This document shows, piece after piece, positions 43,771-53,419 of a DNA stretch of 64,000 nucleotides. A program made the translations under genes and the position numbers. The notes under the pieces are model-generated. The model saw nothing but the letters and a program-made list of their open reading frames with translations, was not told the origin of the DNA and did not search any database. This DNA comes from Spirochaetia bacterium (GTDB taxonomy: Bacteria > Spirochaetota > Spirochaetia > SZUA-6 > Bin103). The stretch lies in the NCBI GenBank assembly GCA_965208575.1, contig CBDBOV010000001.1, forward strand, positions 64,001-128,000, in the 5' to 3' direction. Position 1 is the first letter of the stretch, and each line of letters starts with the position of its first letter.

Positions 43771-44179
43771 TCGGCACCCCCAGGAAACGCGTGTTTGACA
43801 GCACTCGCATCATGGTGCAAGGTAGGGGTTCCGCAAGGAGGAACGGGCCGCTTGCAATTGTTTGGACGTGCGGGCATGATGCCCGTTCCGGTGACTGTAC
43901 ACAGTGGTGATTCCATGATACCTTCGCCGCGATGCGCCAGCGGTTGCGCGGGCGTATCCGTAGGAGTATCCTGGAGTTGACCAGCCCCGGGCAAAGGTTG
44001 GGGGCTCGTTTGCCGATAAAGTGAGCGGGCGCTCGATTTCGGGGCGCAACAGGTTGACAACATCCGATTGGGCAGTGCATTATTGCGCCATCGGATAGCG
44101 GGGGCAGGGTTCTGCCGGGCCGTTGGCCCGACTAAAGGCCCGCATTTACAGGCCCCGGCAATAAGTGAAGGAGGAAGTG

Positions 44180-45649
44180 ATGAAGAAACTCTCACTTCTA
44201 CTAGTGGTGCTACTTGCCGCGGGCTCGGCCGGCCTGTATGGGCAAATGGCAATCGGAACGAACTTCAGCATCTCCGGTGATGCTACTGCCACCGTGGGCT
44301 ACGACATCGATGACGAGCAGTTCGGATTCAAGAACGAGTCCAGCGCCAACATCAAGCTTGAGCTCGTCGCCAAGCAGACATCGGTGAAGCCCGAGGAAGC
44401 GATGTCCGGCTGGTACGGCTCGATTGAGTTGAAGGACTTCCAGATCGTCATCAACAGCGACGACGAGGATTCCACCGAGTTCGTGACGACGACCGCTTCG
44501 GTCCCTGCCGGCAAGACGATGCCTGATCCTAAGGGCGTCGAGCAGGAGAAGAAGCGCAGCATGCTGTACGTCGTAGAGCCGACAATCGTCGCCACGCTCA
44601 AGAACGGGCCTCTCTGGCTGCAGATCTTTGATGCGCCTGGCGCCGAGGCTGACCTCATCGCGCACATTGAGGATGACGAGGACGGTGATCATGCTGCGGA
44701 GAGCGATGATGACAAGGCAGACGTCGGGTTGGATCTCGGCAGCCAAGGCATCACCTTCGGCTACACGACCGCCGACCTGAGTATCGCGATTGGTGTCCTC
44801 TCCGAGGTGGCGTATGACTCCGAGTCAGAGGACGGTGTCAAGGACGACCCGAAGACTCTGTACAAGGACGAAACAAAGGCTCCGCACGAGGGCAGCTTCG
44901 CAGTCAGTGCCGATCTGATGGTGAACGTCGGCCCGGCTACGTTGGACTTGGAATTCGTACAGGGAATCGAAGCCAGCAGTGATGCCGAAGCAGCTGACAA
45001 GGATACGGATGATGACACGGGGGTTGGCGTAATGCTGACCACCGACTTCGGTAGGGTCTCTCTCTCCGCTGGCGCAGATGTCCAAATGACCGGTGAAGAT
45101 GACGTTGCGGAGACCAACGTGAATGAGGCGATGCTTTTCGACGCGGGCGGAAGTGCGACCGTTACGCTGACCGATAATACCTCCCTTGAGTCGAGTTTCA
45201 TCCATTCGACCAAGGCTGGCGCAGCTACCGACGTGGAAGTGGTTCTATCCGACAAGAACGGCTTGGTCGAGAATCTCAGCCTTGAGCTCACGTGGGGACT
45301 GTTCGACATCGTTGGCGGGGACGAAGCCGCTACTGCCGCCATGGACAAGAACGACGAATCGGATTTGTTCTTGCAGGGCGATCTGTCTTATGCCATACCG
45401 GTGGGCGACGACATGGGCGACGACGACATGATGATGAAGGGTCCGACGCTGACTCCGGGGACCAAGGTGACCATCAACCAGCTCGACGGTGGTGACGCTA
45501 CTGTCGGCCTGGAGGTTCGGGCGCTCCTGGAGCACGCTATTCCGGCCACCACGTTCGGTTTGAAGTGGGCGACGGACACGCTGTTCGACGCTGGAGCTGC
45601 CTCAGCTGAGCAAGGAACCATTACCCTCTGGACCAAGATCAAGTACTAG
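44180..45649 (+). CDS. Major outer-membrane/outer-sheath (Msp-like) beta-barrel protein
   Basis: AGGAGG RBS, signal peptide MKKLSLLL, ISGDATATVGYDID..FGFKN Msp-like N-terminus, amphipathic beta pattern, C-terminal WTKIKY; distinct codon usage. Confidence 0.7.
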   Translation: MKKLSLLLVVLLAAGSAGLYGQMAIGTNFSISGDATATVGYDIDDEQFGFKNESSANIKLELVAKQTSVKPEEAMSGWYGSIELKDFQIVINSDDEDSTEFVTTTASVPAGKTMPDPKGVEQEKKRSMLYVVEPTIVATLKNGPLWLQIFDAPGAEADLIAHIEDDEDGDHAAESDDDKADVGLDLGSQGITFGYTTADLSIAIGVLSEVAYDSESEDGVKDDPKTLYKDETKAPHEGSFAVSADLMVNVGPATLDLEFVQGIEASSDAEAADKDTDDDTGVGVMLTTDFGRVSLSAGADVQMTGEDDVAETNVNEAMLFDAGGSATVTLTDNTSLESSFIHSTKAGAATDVEVVLSDKNGLVENLSLELTWGLFDIVGGDEAATAAMDKNDESDLFLQGDLSYAIPVGDDMGDDDMMMKGPTLTPGTKVTINQLDGGDATVGLEVRALLEHAIPATTFGLKWATDTLFDAGAASAEQGTITLWTKIKY

Positions 45650-45675
45650 GTTTTCGCAGACTCTCGCTAACCATG

Positions 45676-45710
45676 ACGGCGCGTCTCCCTCGGGGGGCGC
45701 GCCGTTTTTC
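45676..45710 (+). terminator. Rho-independent terminator
   Basis: ACGGCGCGTCTCCC-TC-GGGGGGCGCGCCGT followed by TTTT. Confidence 0.85.
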
Positions 45711-45846
45711 TATTTCTCGCCTGCAGCGCCCCACTTTTTTTTCCCTCCCGTTGAAGCGGTACCGACGGTATCCCGTTTATAGAGTGTGCGAGAGCGGGTC
45801 CGGCGACCGCGGCGCCGGCTCCGCCGAACTACACGAGGAGGGCTGT

Positions 45847-46242
45847 GTGAACAACCTCAACTCCGTTCTGTTGGAAGGGAACCTGTGTCGGGATCCCGAA
45901 CTTCGCTATACGCCGAAGGGCACGCCGGTGTGCACGCTCGTGGTAGCGTGCAACCGCTCCTACAAGGTGAACGGCGAGCGCCAGGAGGAGGTCTCCTTCG
46001 TCGAGGCCACCACCTGGGGCAAGCTCGCCACCGTGTGCGCCGAGCACCTCACCAAGGGCCGGGGTGTGCGCGTCGTGGGCCGCCTCAAGCAGGAGCGCTG
46101 GGAGGACGGCGACGGCAACACGCGTGCCAAGGTCGTGATCGTGGCCGAGCACGTCGAGTTTCAGCCACGGCGGCGTGAGGCCGGTGCCGACCAGGAGTCC
46201 ACCGCCGACCAGGAAGTGCCGGCCGCCGAGCTGGCGTCGTAA
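45847..46242 (+). CDS. ssb: Single-stranded DNA-binding protein
   Basis: NSVLLEGNLCRDPELRYTPKG, KGRGVRVVGRLKQERW; GAGGAGG RBS. Confidence 0.93.
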   Translation: MNNLNSVLLEGNLCRDPELRYTPKGTPVCTLVVACNRSYKVNGERQEEVSFVEATTWGKLATVCAEHLTKGRGVRVVGRLKQERWEDGDGNTRAKVVIVAEHVEFQPRRREAGADQESTADQEVPAAELAS

Positions 46243-46525
46243 ACGTCCGCCGGCCAGCGGGAGTCGGAGGGGCAAGCGCCATCGGGCGCACCCGCCCGGC
46301 TCCCGCTGCCGGCCCCCGGTTCAAGCCACTACCCGAGCAAACCCGCCCAGTTCGTTGACGGCCGCCGCGCAACCGAGCAGCGTCCGATCCGCCGTGGCCC
46401 GAGGAGGCGCTCCGAAACGCCGCGCATCGCCGGCGCATCGGCGACGCTCACGCTGTGTACGGCCACCATCACGGCCGCTTGTTCTGGACGCAGTACCATT
46501 GCGCGGTTACCGTGATGCAATCTGG

Positions 46526-46936
46526 ATGCAGTCTGGTGCCGAGTCTTCGGAGAGATTCGATGAGGTGCTGCGGTCGATCGACCGGCTTGGAGCGCGCTGG
46601 GGAGTCCGCAACGAAATCCTGTTCCGCCGGACCATCGCGGAGCGGATCGTGAAGTCGTTCGGGGTCGGTGTCGAGCAGCGCACCATCGCCGGTGAGCAGT
46701 TCGGCGTGGTGGTCCACGGCCACCAGCACGTGCTGGTCGAGATCGTCGACAGCGTTGGACCCACCATTCAGACGCGCCTCGAACGCAAGTGCCGGCGCTA
46801 TGAGGAGTTCACCGGCGTGCGCCCCGCGCGTGTCATACTCGCCACGGCCTGGATCCACAGCGACCGCGCTCACCGGTTGAAGCAGGCCGGAATCGAGGTC
46901 ATCGAGCCGGAGGAACTCGACGACTCACCGGAGTGA
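46526..46936 (+). CDS. DUF3782/PD-(D/E)XK-like protein, probably degenerate
   Basis: IDRLGARWG..NE..FR, VLVEI, YEEFTG, GIEVI; the expected acidic catalytic position reads EQFG. Confidence 0.55.
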   Translation: MQSGAESSERFDEVLRSIDRLGARWGVRNEILFRRTIAERIVKSFGVGVEQRTIAGEQFGVVVHGHQHVLVEIVDSVGPTIQTRLERKCRRYEEFTGVRPARVILATAWIHSDRAHRLKQAGIEVIEPEELDDSPE

Positions 46937-46993
46937 GGCGTGCGTGTGAACCGGCAGGGGATTGATTTTCGGCGCACAGGTGCCGACTCTCGA

Positions 46994-47022
46994 TTGACGG
47001 CGGCGGCGCTGGAACGTATGGT
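46994..47022 (+). promoter_or_regulatory. Sigma70 promoter (leaderless)
   Basis: TTGACG-N17-TATGGT, 6 nt before GTG 47029. Confidence 0.6.
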
Positions 47023-47028
47023 CAACAT

Positions 47029-47730
47029 GTGTCGGCTCCTTGCTCGTCGCCCACGACTACTTTCAACCGATGCGCGCGCATCCGCTGGCTGGTTCGCGGC
47101 GGGTGGATCGTTGCCCTGTGCGCGCTGCTGGCTCCGGTGGCGGGCGGCTGTGCGGGCCGCGCGGAGGAGCGCGCTGCGCAGGTTCCCACTGGCCCGACGG
47201 CGATTTCCGCCTGCATTGCGCGGGAAGGGAACCTGCCGGCCGAAGCCACCCTCGTGCGCGGCGCCGGGCGCTACCACCTGACCCTGGTAGCCGCCGGCGG
47301 CGGCGCCGAACGCTCCGTCGTGGGCACCCTGGAACTGGCCGACAACGAGCCCTCCCTCCGCCGGCTGCCGGCGACCGGCAACGCGCCGGCGGACGAGACG
47401 GTGCTGCTGCCGCTGCACGGCTGGGCGGCCATCGACCTGGCGGCGGTGGACGCCCTGGAGATCGGCGACATCGGTTCGCGCGATCCGCAGCAGCCGGGCG
47501 TGCTGGTGCTGGAGCAGCGGCCCGGCGCCGACGGCCCGGTCGCCATCACCCTGCGCTTCGGTTCGCTGGCCAACCGCCGCCACGGGCCGCAAGCGATCGA
47601 CGGCGGCTACATGGCGCTGCACGTCGCCCACGTCGCCGCGTGGGGCAGCTTCGCCGGCACCTGGTCGAGCGGCGTCCACGCCCGCCGCGCCTCGGGCCAC
47701 TTCTGCGCCACCCGCCTCCCGCAAGTGTAA
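47029..47730 (+). CDS. Hypothetical lipoprotein
   Basis: Hydrophobic stretch ending in AGGC lipobox-like; coding-like codon bias. Confidence 0.6.
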   Translation: MSAPCSSPTTTFNRCARIRWLVRGGWIVALCALLAPVAGGCAGRAEERAAQVPTGPTAISACIAREGNLPAEATLVRGAGRYHLTLVAAGGGAERSVVGTLELADNEPSLRRLPATGNAPADETVLLPLHGWAAIDLAAVDALEIGDIGSRDPQQPGVLVLEQRPGADGPVAITLRFGSLANRRHGPQAIDGGYMALHVAHVAAWGSFAGTWSSGVHARRASGHFCATRLPQV

Positions 47731-49279
47731 GCGGCGCGGCTGCTACGGTGCGGCCGGGAAAGTTGGGTTGCAGGTCGAGCGCGGCCTCGTTCTCCCGGTA
47801 CACGCGGCCGGTGCCATACATGCGGCCGTCTCGGGACATGCGCATGCGGAACACCTCGTTGCCGGCGGTGTCCACCTCGCTCACCGCGATCCTCGGTCCG
47901 TTGCTGCCCCAGGTAATCAGCCAGTTTCCGCTCGGCAGAGCGGTCACGCCGCCGCCGGAGGTCGCAAAACCGTCCGCCTCCGGCAGCCGGTACTCGCGCA
48001 CGAAGCGCGCCGCGGTGCCGGAAGAGATGTCGTACTCCACGATGCGGGTCACCTCCGGCAGTTCCTTGCGCGGCCCGAGGCAGTGGTTGCCGTTGTCGAA
48101 CATCAGCAGCGACCCCGCCGGCGTCGCGGTCACGTGGTGCTGGCCGCAGAACTCGCCGAGCGGATCGTTTTCCACCGGCAGGTAGCGGGCGGCGCCGGTC
48201 GACGGCGCCGGGCGGTCGGCCCGCATCGGCACCGAGCCGCCGATCTGCCACACCACGGCGCCGGTGGCGCGCTCGATGCGCAACACCTGCGCACAGCCGC
48301 GCAGCCCGGCCACGATGTCGCCGTTCAGTTCGTGCAGCGAGTTGAGGTGCGCGTAGTCGTTCGGGAAGCGATGGATCGTGCAGTCGGCGATCTTGACGTG
48401 GTCCCACGAATTCCAGCGCCACACCTCGCTCCCGTCGGGCGCGACCTCCTGGATGATCGAGTCGTCGGCGGGCTCCGCGGTCGAGCACGGCCGGGTGGTG
48501 CCGTCGTCGTCTCGGCAGTTGAAGCCGCTCAGGTCACGTGGCGCCGGGTAGTAGGACATCTGCAGGTAGGTGCCGTCGTCGGTGATCAGAAAGTCGTGGC
48601 CGCCGGTGTGTTCAGGCAGCAGCGGGTCGACCAGGGTGACGGTGGCGATACGGTTGAGCGCGGCGTCCAGGATGACGGTGCGTTCCACCCCGTCGGCGCC
48701 GCGTTCGGAGAAGGAGAAGCGGCCGTCGGGGTAGCGCCGGAAGTTGCGCGCGTACACGTTGGGCCGCATCACCCGGCGCGGCACCCCGTTGTTGTCCATG
48801 ATGGCCAGGAACGAGATGTCGGTCCTGCGCACGCCGGGGGTCATCAGCAAAAGGCCGTCGGTCACGGCTGCGGTGCGCTTCTCGATGGTGATGTCCGGGA
48901 AACTGGGCGGAATGCAGTGCAGGTAGTAGGTGGACGTGGCCTGCCCGCTGCGAATCTCGATTGCGAGGTCGTGGCCGCTGTCGGCCGTGACCGTCTCCGC
49001 GATCGCCCCGACCGCCGTCCGACCGCTGTGCAGCATCGTCAGGCGGGCGTCGCCGTCCACGGCCCGCGCGCTGACCTCGAGCCTCGTTCCCTCCGCGCAC
49101 CGCACGGCGTAGTGGTGCACGGCGGGATCGAATGCCGGATACCAGCCCGCTGCGCCGGCCACTTCGAGCGACTCCAGCGCCCCGCGTACCGCGTCCGCTC
49201 GCTCCGCGCCCGGCGCCGGGCAGCCGATCGTAAGCAACGCAGCGAAGGCGATGCCGAGAGCCGCAAGAACCCGGAGCAC
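47546..49279 (-). CDS. Arylsulfotransferase (ASST)-family lipoprotein with N-terminal cadherin-like beta-sandwich; similarity to paralog ends near 47755
   Basis: TIGC lipobox; PAFDPAVHHYAV; GHDF, WNSWDH, YAHLNS, CGQHH, FDNG, LITWG. Confidence 0.8.
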   Translation of the reverse strand: MLRVLAALGIAFAALLTIGCPAPGAERADAVRGALESLEVAGAAGWYPAFDPAVHHYAVRCAEGTRLEVSARAVDGDARLTMLHSGRTAVGAIAETVTADSGHDLAIEIRSGQATSTYYLHCIPPSFPDITIEKRTAAVTDGLLLMTPGVRRTDISFLAIMDNNGVPRRVMRPNVYARNFRRYPDGRFSFSERGADGVERTVILDAALNRIATVTLVDPLLPEHTGGHDFLITDDGTYLQMSYYPAPRDLSGFNCRDDDGTTRPCSTAEPADDSIIQEVAPDGSEVWRWNSWDHVKIADCTIHRFPNDYAHLNSLHELNGDIVAGLRGCAQVLRIERATGAVVWQIGGSVPMRADRPAPSTGAARYLPVENDPLGEFCGQHHVTATPAGSLLMFDNGNHCLGPRKELPEVTRIVEYDISSGTAARFVREYRLPEADGFATSGGGVTALPSGNWLITWGSNGPRIAVSEVDTAGNEVFRMRMSRDGRMYGTGRVYRENEAALDLQPNFPGRTVAAAPLTLAGGGWRRSGPRRGGRGRRSTRCRRSCPTRRRGRRAAPCSRRRSLAARGGGWPANRSAG

Positions 49280-49287
49280 GTCTCCTC

Positions 49288-49878
49288 CTACGAGTACATG
49301 GGCCCGTCGCCGTCGTGCAACTCGACGGTCAACACGTAGTCACCGGTGGAGCCGCCCTCTCCCGTCACGCGAATGTAGTAGCGGCGAAACTTCTCGCCGG
49401 CTTCGGGAGCGGGAAGTTTCCCCTCCCACACGAAGTTGCCCGACGGTTCCATGCCGTTGAACGCCGCGCTGCGGTCGTCGTTGTGCGCGGTGTCCGCGTC
49501 GTACGAGAAGATACAGGGCCCGGCGGCATCGTCTCCCTCACACGCCGCGGTGATCGCCGTCCGGTCGGCGGTTTGCACCTGGCCGGCCGTGTCGGTGGTG
49601 CCGGCGGTCATCACGATAACCGAGGCGAAGTCGCGCTTGATTCGCAGCTCGAAATAGTCGGCGTCCTCCGCATTCTCGATGCGTCCGTCCGCCTGGAAGT
49701 CGGGGCCGGAGGCGGCATCCTCCCGGATCACCAGCAGGATGGCGTCCGCGGGCTTCGCCGGGGCGGCGGCGCTGCAGCCGCTCAACAGCAGCGCAATCCC
49801 GAGCGCCATTGCCACCGCCGCGACCAGGCCGACCGGGGTCCTGGCTGCGGCTCTGTCGATCAATCTCAACCGTGCCAT
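49288..49878 (-). CDS. Lipoprotein with pre-peptidase C-terminal (PPC)-like domain
   Basis: LSGC lipobox; GRIENAEDADYF, GTTDT, YYIRV.G...STGDYVL. Confidence 0.7.
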   Translation of the reverse strand: MARLRLIDRAAARTPVGLVAAVAMALGIALLLSGCSAAAPAKPADAILLVIREDAASGPDFQADGRIENAEDADYFELRIKRDFASVIVMTAGTTDTAGQVQTADRTAITAACEGDDAAGPCIFSYDADTAHNDDRSAAFNGMEPSGNFVWEGKLPAPEAGEKFRRYYIRVTGEGGSTGDYVLTVELHDGDGPMYS

Positions 49879-49994
49879 GCGAACTCTCCGGCCGAGTTAT
49901 AGGTGCTGCAGCACTCGGTGGTCAACGGGCCACCGCCCGTGACGTAATTGGACATCGGGTACAATTTATGATAAGTTGACCATTGGATCGGCCA

Positions 49995-52348
49995 TGCTGT
50001 CAACCGTCACGAATCGGAGACGCACGGCCCGCGGTCGCCTGTACCCGGTGCCGATCGGCGGCGTGCCGCGCCGCGTCTGCCGGTCGGAGCGCCGTCCGTC
50101 TCCGTCGGCACAGCGCGCGCTGCCTCGGGGCGCGTGGGTGCCGGCCGCGCTCATGGCGCTGCTGGCCGTGGCCGTGGCCGGGTGCTCGGTGGCGTCCGTC
50201 GACGACGCCAGGCGGCAGGCGCAGGACGCCGCGCGGCAGGATGAGCCGGGGCAGCAACCCGATGCCCCGCCCGGCGGCGACCAGCCGGACGGGCCTGCGG
50301 CGCTGGCGATAGCGGACGCGAGCGCACCCGCGTCCGCCGGCGTGCTGGCCTTCCCGGTGACCCTGAGCGGCACGGTCAGCGCCGCCGTCACGGTGGCGTA
50401 TGAGACCGGGGACGGCACGGCACTGGCAGAACAGCACTATACGGCCGCGAGCGGCACGCTGACGCTCGGTGATGGCGCCAGGTCGGCCTCGGTCGAGGTG
50501 GCGATTCTCGACGGCGAAATCGAACAGGGAGCATCCAAGTCGTTCTCGGTCACGCTGAGCAACCCCACCGGCGCCACGCTGTCGAACGCTACCGCCACCG
50601 GCACGATCACCGGCGGCGGCGAGTCGACCGCCACCGGCCCCGGCGGTCCTGCCGGTCCCACGAGCCCCACCGGCCCCGGCGGTCCTACCAGTCCCACGAG
50701 CCCCACGAGCCCCGGCGGTCCAGGCGGTCCCACCGACCCGGTCGCCCCCGGCGATCACTGCAACCCCGGCGCCCGCGGCGTCCGTGGCGACCCCGGCAGG
50801 CATCCCGACACCAGCGACTCGGGCCCGCTCGCGCTGTCTTCCCTGGCGGTCACCTGCGGCGGCACCATGTACCCGCCGTTCGCCGCCGACACCCTGCACT
50901 ACGCGCTGACCTGCCACGGTTCACCCACGCTCGGCGTCACGGCCAGCACCGGGCGGGCCGGTGCAAAGCTCACGTTGCGGCGCAAGGACAGCTCCCGCAA
51001 CACGGTCTCGACCACCGGCGTCCTGAACGCGAGCGTCCCGGTCGGCGGCAACCACGACGTGGCGATCGAGGTCAGTGACGGCAGCGAGAGCAAAACCTAC
51101 GTCGTGCACTGCCTGCCCGCCGCCTTCCCGACCATCGAGATTCTTACCCGGACCAGCCAGGTCAAGGACGGGCTGCTGCTCCTCACCCCGGCCTACGGCG
51201 GCTACAGCACGCGCACCACGTTCATGGCGGTGGTCGACAACAACGGGGTGCCGAGGTTCCATCGGCTGCTTACCGACACCAGCTTCTGGGCCATGGACTT
51301 CAGGCACCACGGCAGCGGAGTCTTCTCGGTGGCGCGCCGGGATGCATACAACCTCAACGATTCGCCGTTCGGCAACTGGGAGATAGACCTGCTCAACAAG
51401 CGGCTTGAAGTCACCGCTAGCGTTACCACGGTGTCGCCCCTGTCGCAGACCGACGGCCACGAGTTCCTGATCGCAGCGAACGGCGACTACGTGATGCTGT
51501 CCTACTACGACGACGAGCCGCGCGACTTCTCCGACCACGGGGGAAGCATGACCGAGACGGTGGCCGATTCGGTCATCCAGCGCCGCGGCTCGGGCGCCAC
51601 CGGCACGTCGTCGTTCACGTGGAACTCCTGGGATCACCGCGCCGCGCTGCAGTGGGGCAACGACTGCAAGGTCGGGATGTTTCCCCCCGACAACTTCGCG
51701 GGGCCGTCGGGATACGCTCACATCAACGGGGTGCAGCTCCTGTCCGACGGGGACTACGTGGCGTCGTCGCGCGGCTGCGCGCAGGTGTTGCGGATCGACG
51801 GCACGACCGGCAGCGTGGAGTGGAAGCTCGGCGGCACGGCGCCGCCGGAGAATTCGGCCACCGAGCACCTGGAGCTGGTCGAGCACTCGGACAGTGCCGT
51901 CGTCGAGGAGTTCTGCGGCCAGCACCACGTCACGCTGACCTCGAAGGACACGGTGGTGATGTACGACAACGGCGAACAGTGCCTGGGCGCGCGCAAGAAC
52001 ACCACCCCGTTCTCGCGCGCGGTGGAATACGACATATCGTCCGGCACCCAGGCGAAGTACGAGCGCGAGTACCGTCTGCCCGACGCGCAGGGCTACTTCC
52101 CCTACCGCGGCGGGGTCCACGTACTGGACGGCTTCGGCGGCAGCGTGCACTGGCTGATAAGCTGGGGCGGCGACGCCGAGGACCGAACCATCGCGCTGAA
52201 CAAGACCATCGCGGTCAGCGAAGTCGACCCGGCCACCGGCACCGCCCACCTGGAAGTGAACATGCGCACGGCTACCGACGATGCCTGGACCTACCGCGCG
52301 TACCGCATCTCCGCGAGCGACGTGGACATTCCCCTGAACCTCCCATAA
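49995..52348 (+). CDS. Lipoprotein: Calx-beta + Pro/Gly/Thr linker + cadherin-like + arylsulfotransferase; start uncertain
   Basis: VAGC lipobox; VTVAYETGDGTA...YTAASGTLT...FSVTLSNP (Calx-beta); PPFAADTLHYAL; GHEF, WNSWDH, YAHING, CGQHH, YDNG. Confidence 0.85.
50630..50740 (+). repeat. PGGP(A/T)(G/S)PT coding repeat linker
   Basis: Repeated CCCGGCGGTCC and CCCACGAG units. Confidence 0.7.
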
Positions 52349-52429
52349 CGCGAGCACCCCCGGCATCAAGCGCGGTGCTGACGGCGGTCGACAACGGGGC
52401 GTGGCGTCTCGTACTGTCAGGGCTCATGA

Positions 52430-53260
52430 GTGTTGGGGTGGTACGGCGGCGCCGCCGCGGGGGCGGTCGTGGCGGCGGGTGAGGAGGGCGCGGGGCGGTT
52501 CATCCTGAACTGCGAACCGTCCGCGGGGGTGGAGGGCGACTGGACCTTCGAGGACGCCGTGGCGGCCGGGGTGGTGTCGCGTGCGGCGGCGCGGGCGGAA
52601 GTGGACCTGCGGCGGCCCGACTGGCCGGTCCGGGACCAGGGCTCCACCGGCGCCTGCGTGGGCTTTGCCGCGGCCGACGGCGTGCTGCATTGGCACTACT
52701 GGAAGGCGGGCCTGCTGGCGCCCGGCGAGCGCCCGTCGCCGCGCTTCATCTGGATGGCGAACAAGGAGACCGACCGTATCAACGACTATCCCACCACCTT
52801 CATCGAGTCGGCCGGCACGCAGACCAAGCTGGCGCTGCGGGTGGCCCGTCGCTACGGCTGCGTGCCGGACAGCGTGCTGCCGATGGACGGCGCCCTGAGC
52901 CCGATGCGGGCGGCGGCGTTCTACACCATGGCGGCCAGGTACCGGATCGCCAGCTATCACAACCTGCGCCGCAACCGCACCGCGTGGCGCCGCTGGCTGT
53001 CCAACCAGGGCCCGATCCTGGCGCGGGTGGAGGTGGACCGCACCTTTCGGCAGGCGGCCCGCACGCGCGGCGAGCTGGCGCTGTTCCGTGCAGGCGACGA
53101 ACCGGGCGGCGGCCACGCCGTCTGCCTGGTGGGCTACACGGCGAACACCTTCATCGTGCGCAACAGTTGGGGAACCGGCTGGGGCGACAACGGTTTCGCC
53201 TACGCCTCCGAGGAATACGCCGACCGCGCCATCACCGAGGCGTACGGCGCGGTACTGTAG
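52430..53260 (+). CDS. C1 (papain-like) cysteine peptidase; start uncertain
   Basis: DLR, DQGSTGAC, GGHAV, RNSWG..WG..G. Confidence 0.9.
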   Translation: MLGWYGGAAAGAVVAAGEEGAGRFILNCEPSAGVEGDWTFEDAVAAGVVSRAAARAEVDLRRPDWPVRDQGSTGACVGFAAADGVLHWHYWKAGLLAPGERPSPRFIWMANKETDRINDYPTTFIESAGTQTKLALRVARRYGCVPDSVLPMDGALSPMRAAAFYTMAARYRIASYHNLRRNRTAWRRWLSNQGPILARVEVDRTFRQAARTRGELALFRAGDEPGGGHAVCLVGYTANTFIVRNSWGTGWGDNGFAYASEEYADRAITEAYGAVL

Positions 53261-53419
53261 CCGCGCGGCGCCGCGCTGCCCGCTCGTAACCGCTGCGAAT
53301 TTGCATGGACCCGACTCGAACGTGCGCTCATTCTCGTTCTCGATCGCGGCCTGATGGGCGCGCGGGACAGCCGCACGGCAGTGGCCGCGGAACCGGCCAG
53401 GCGGAACTAATGACCGGTC

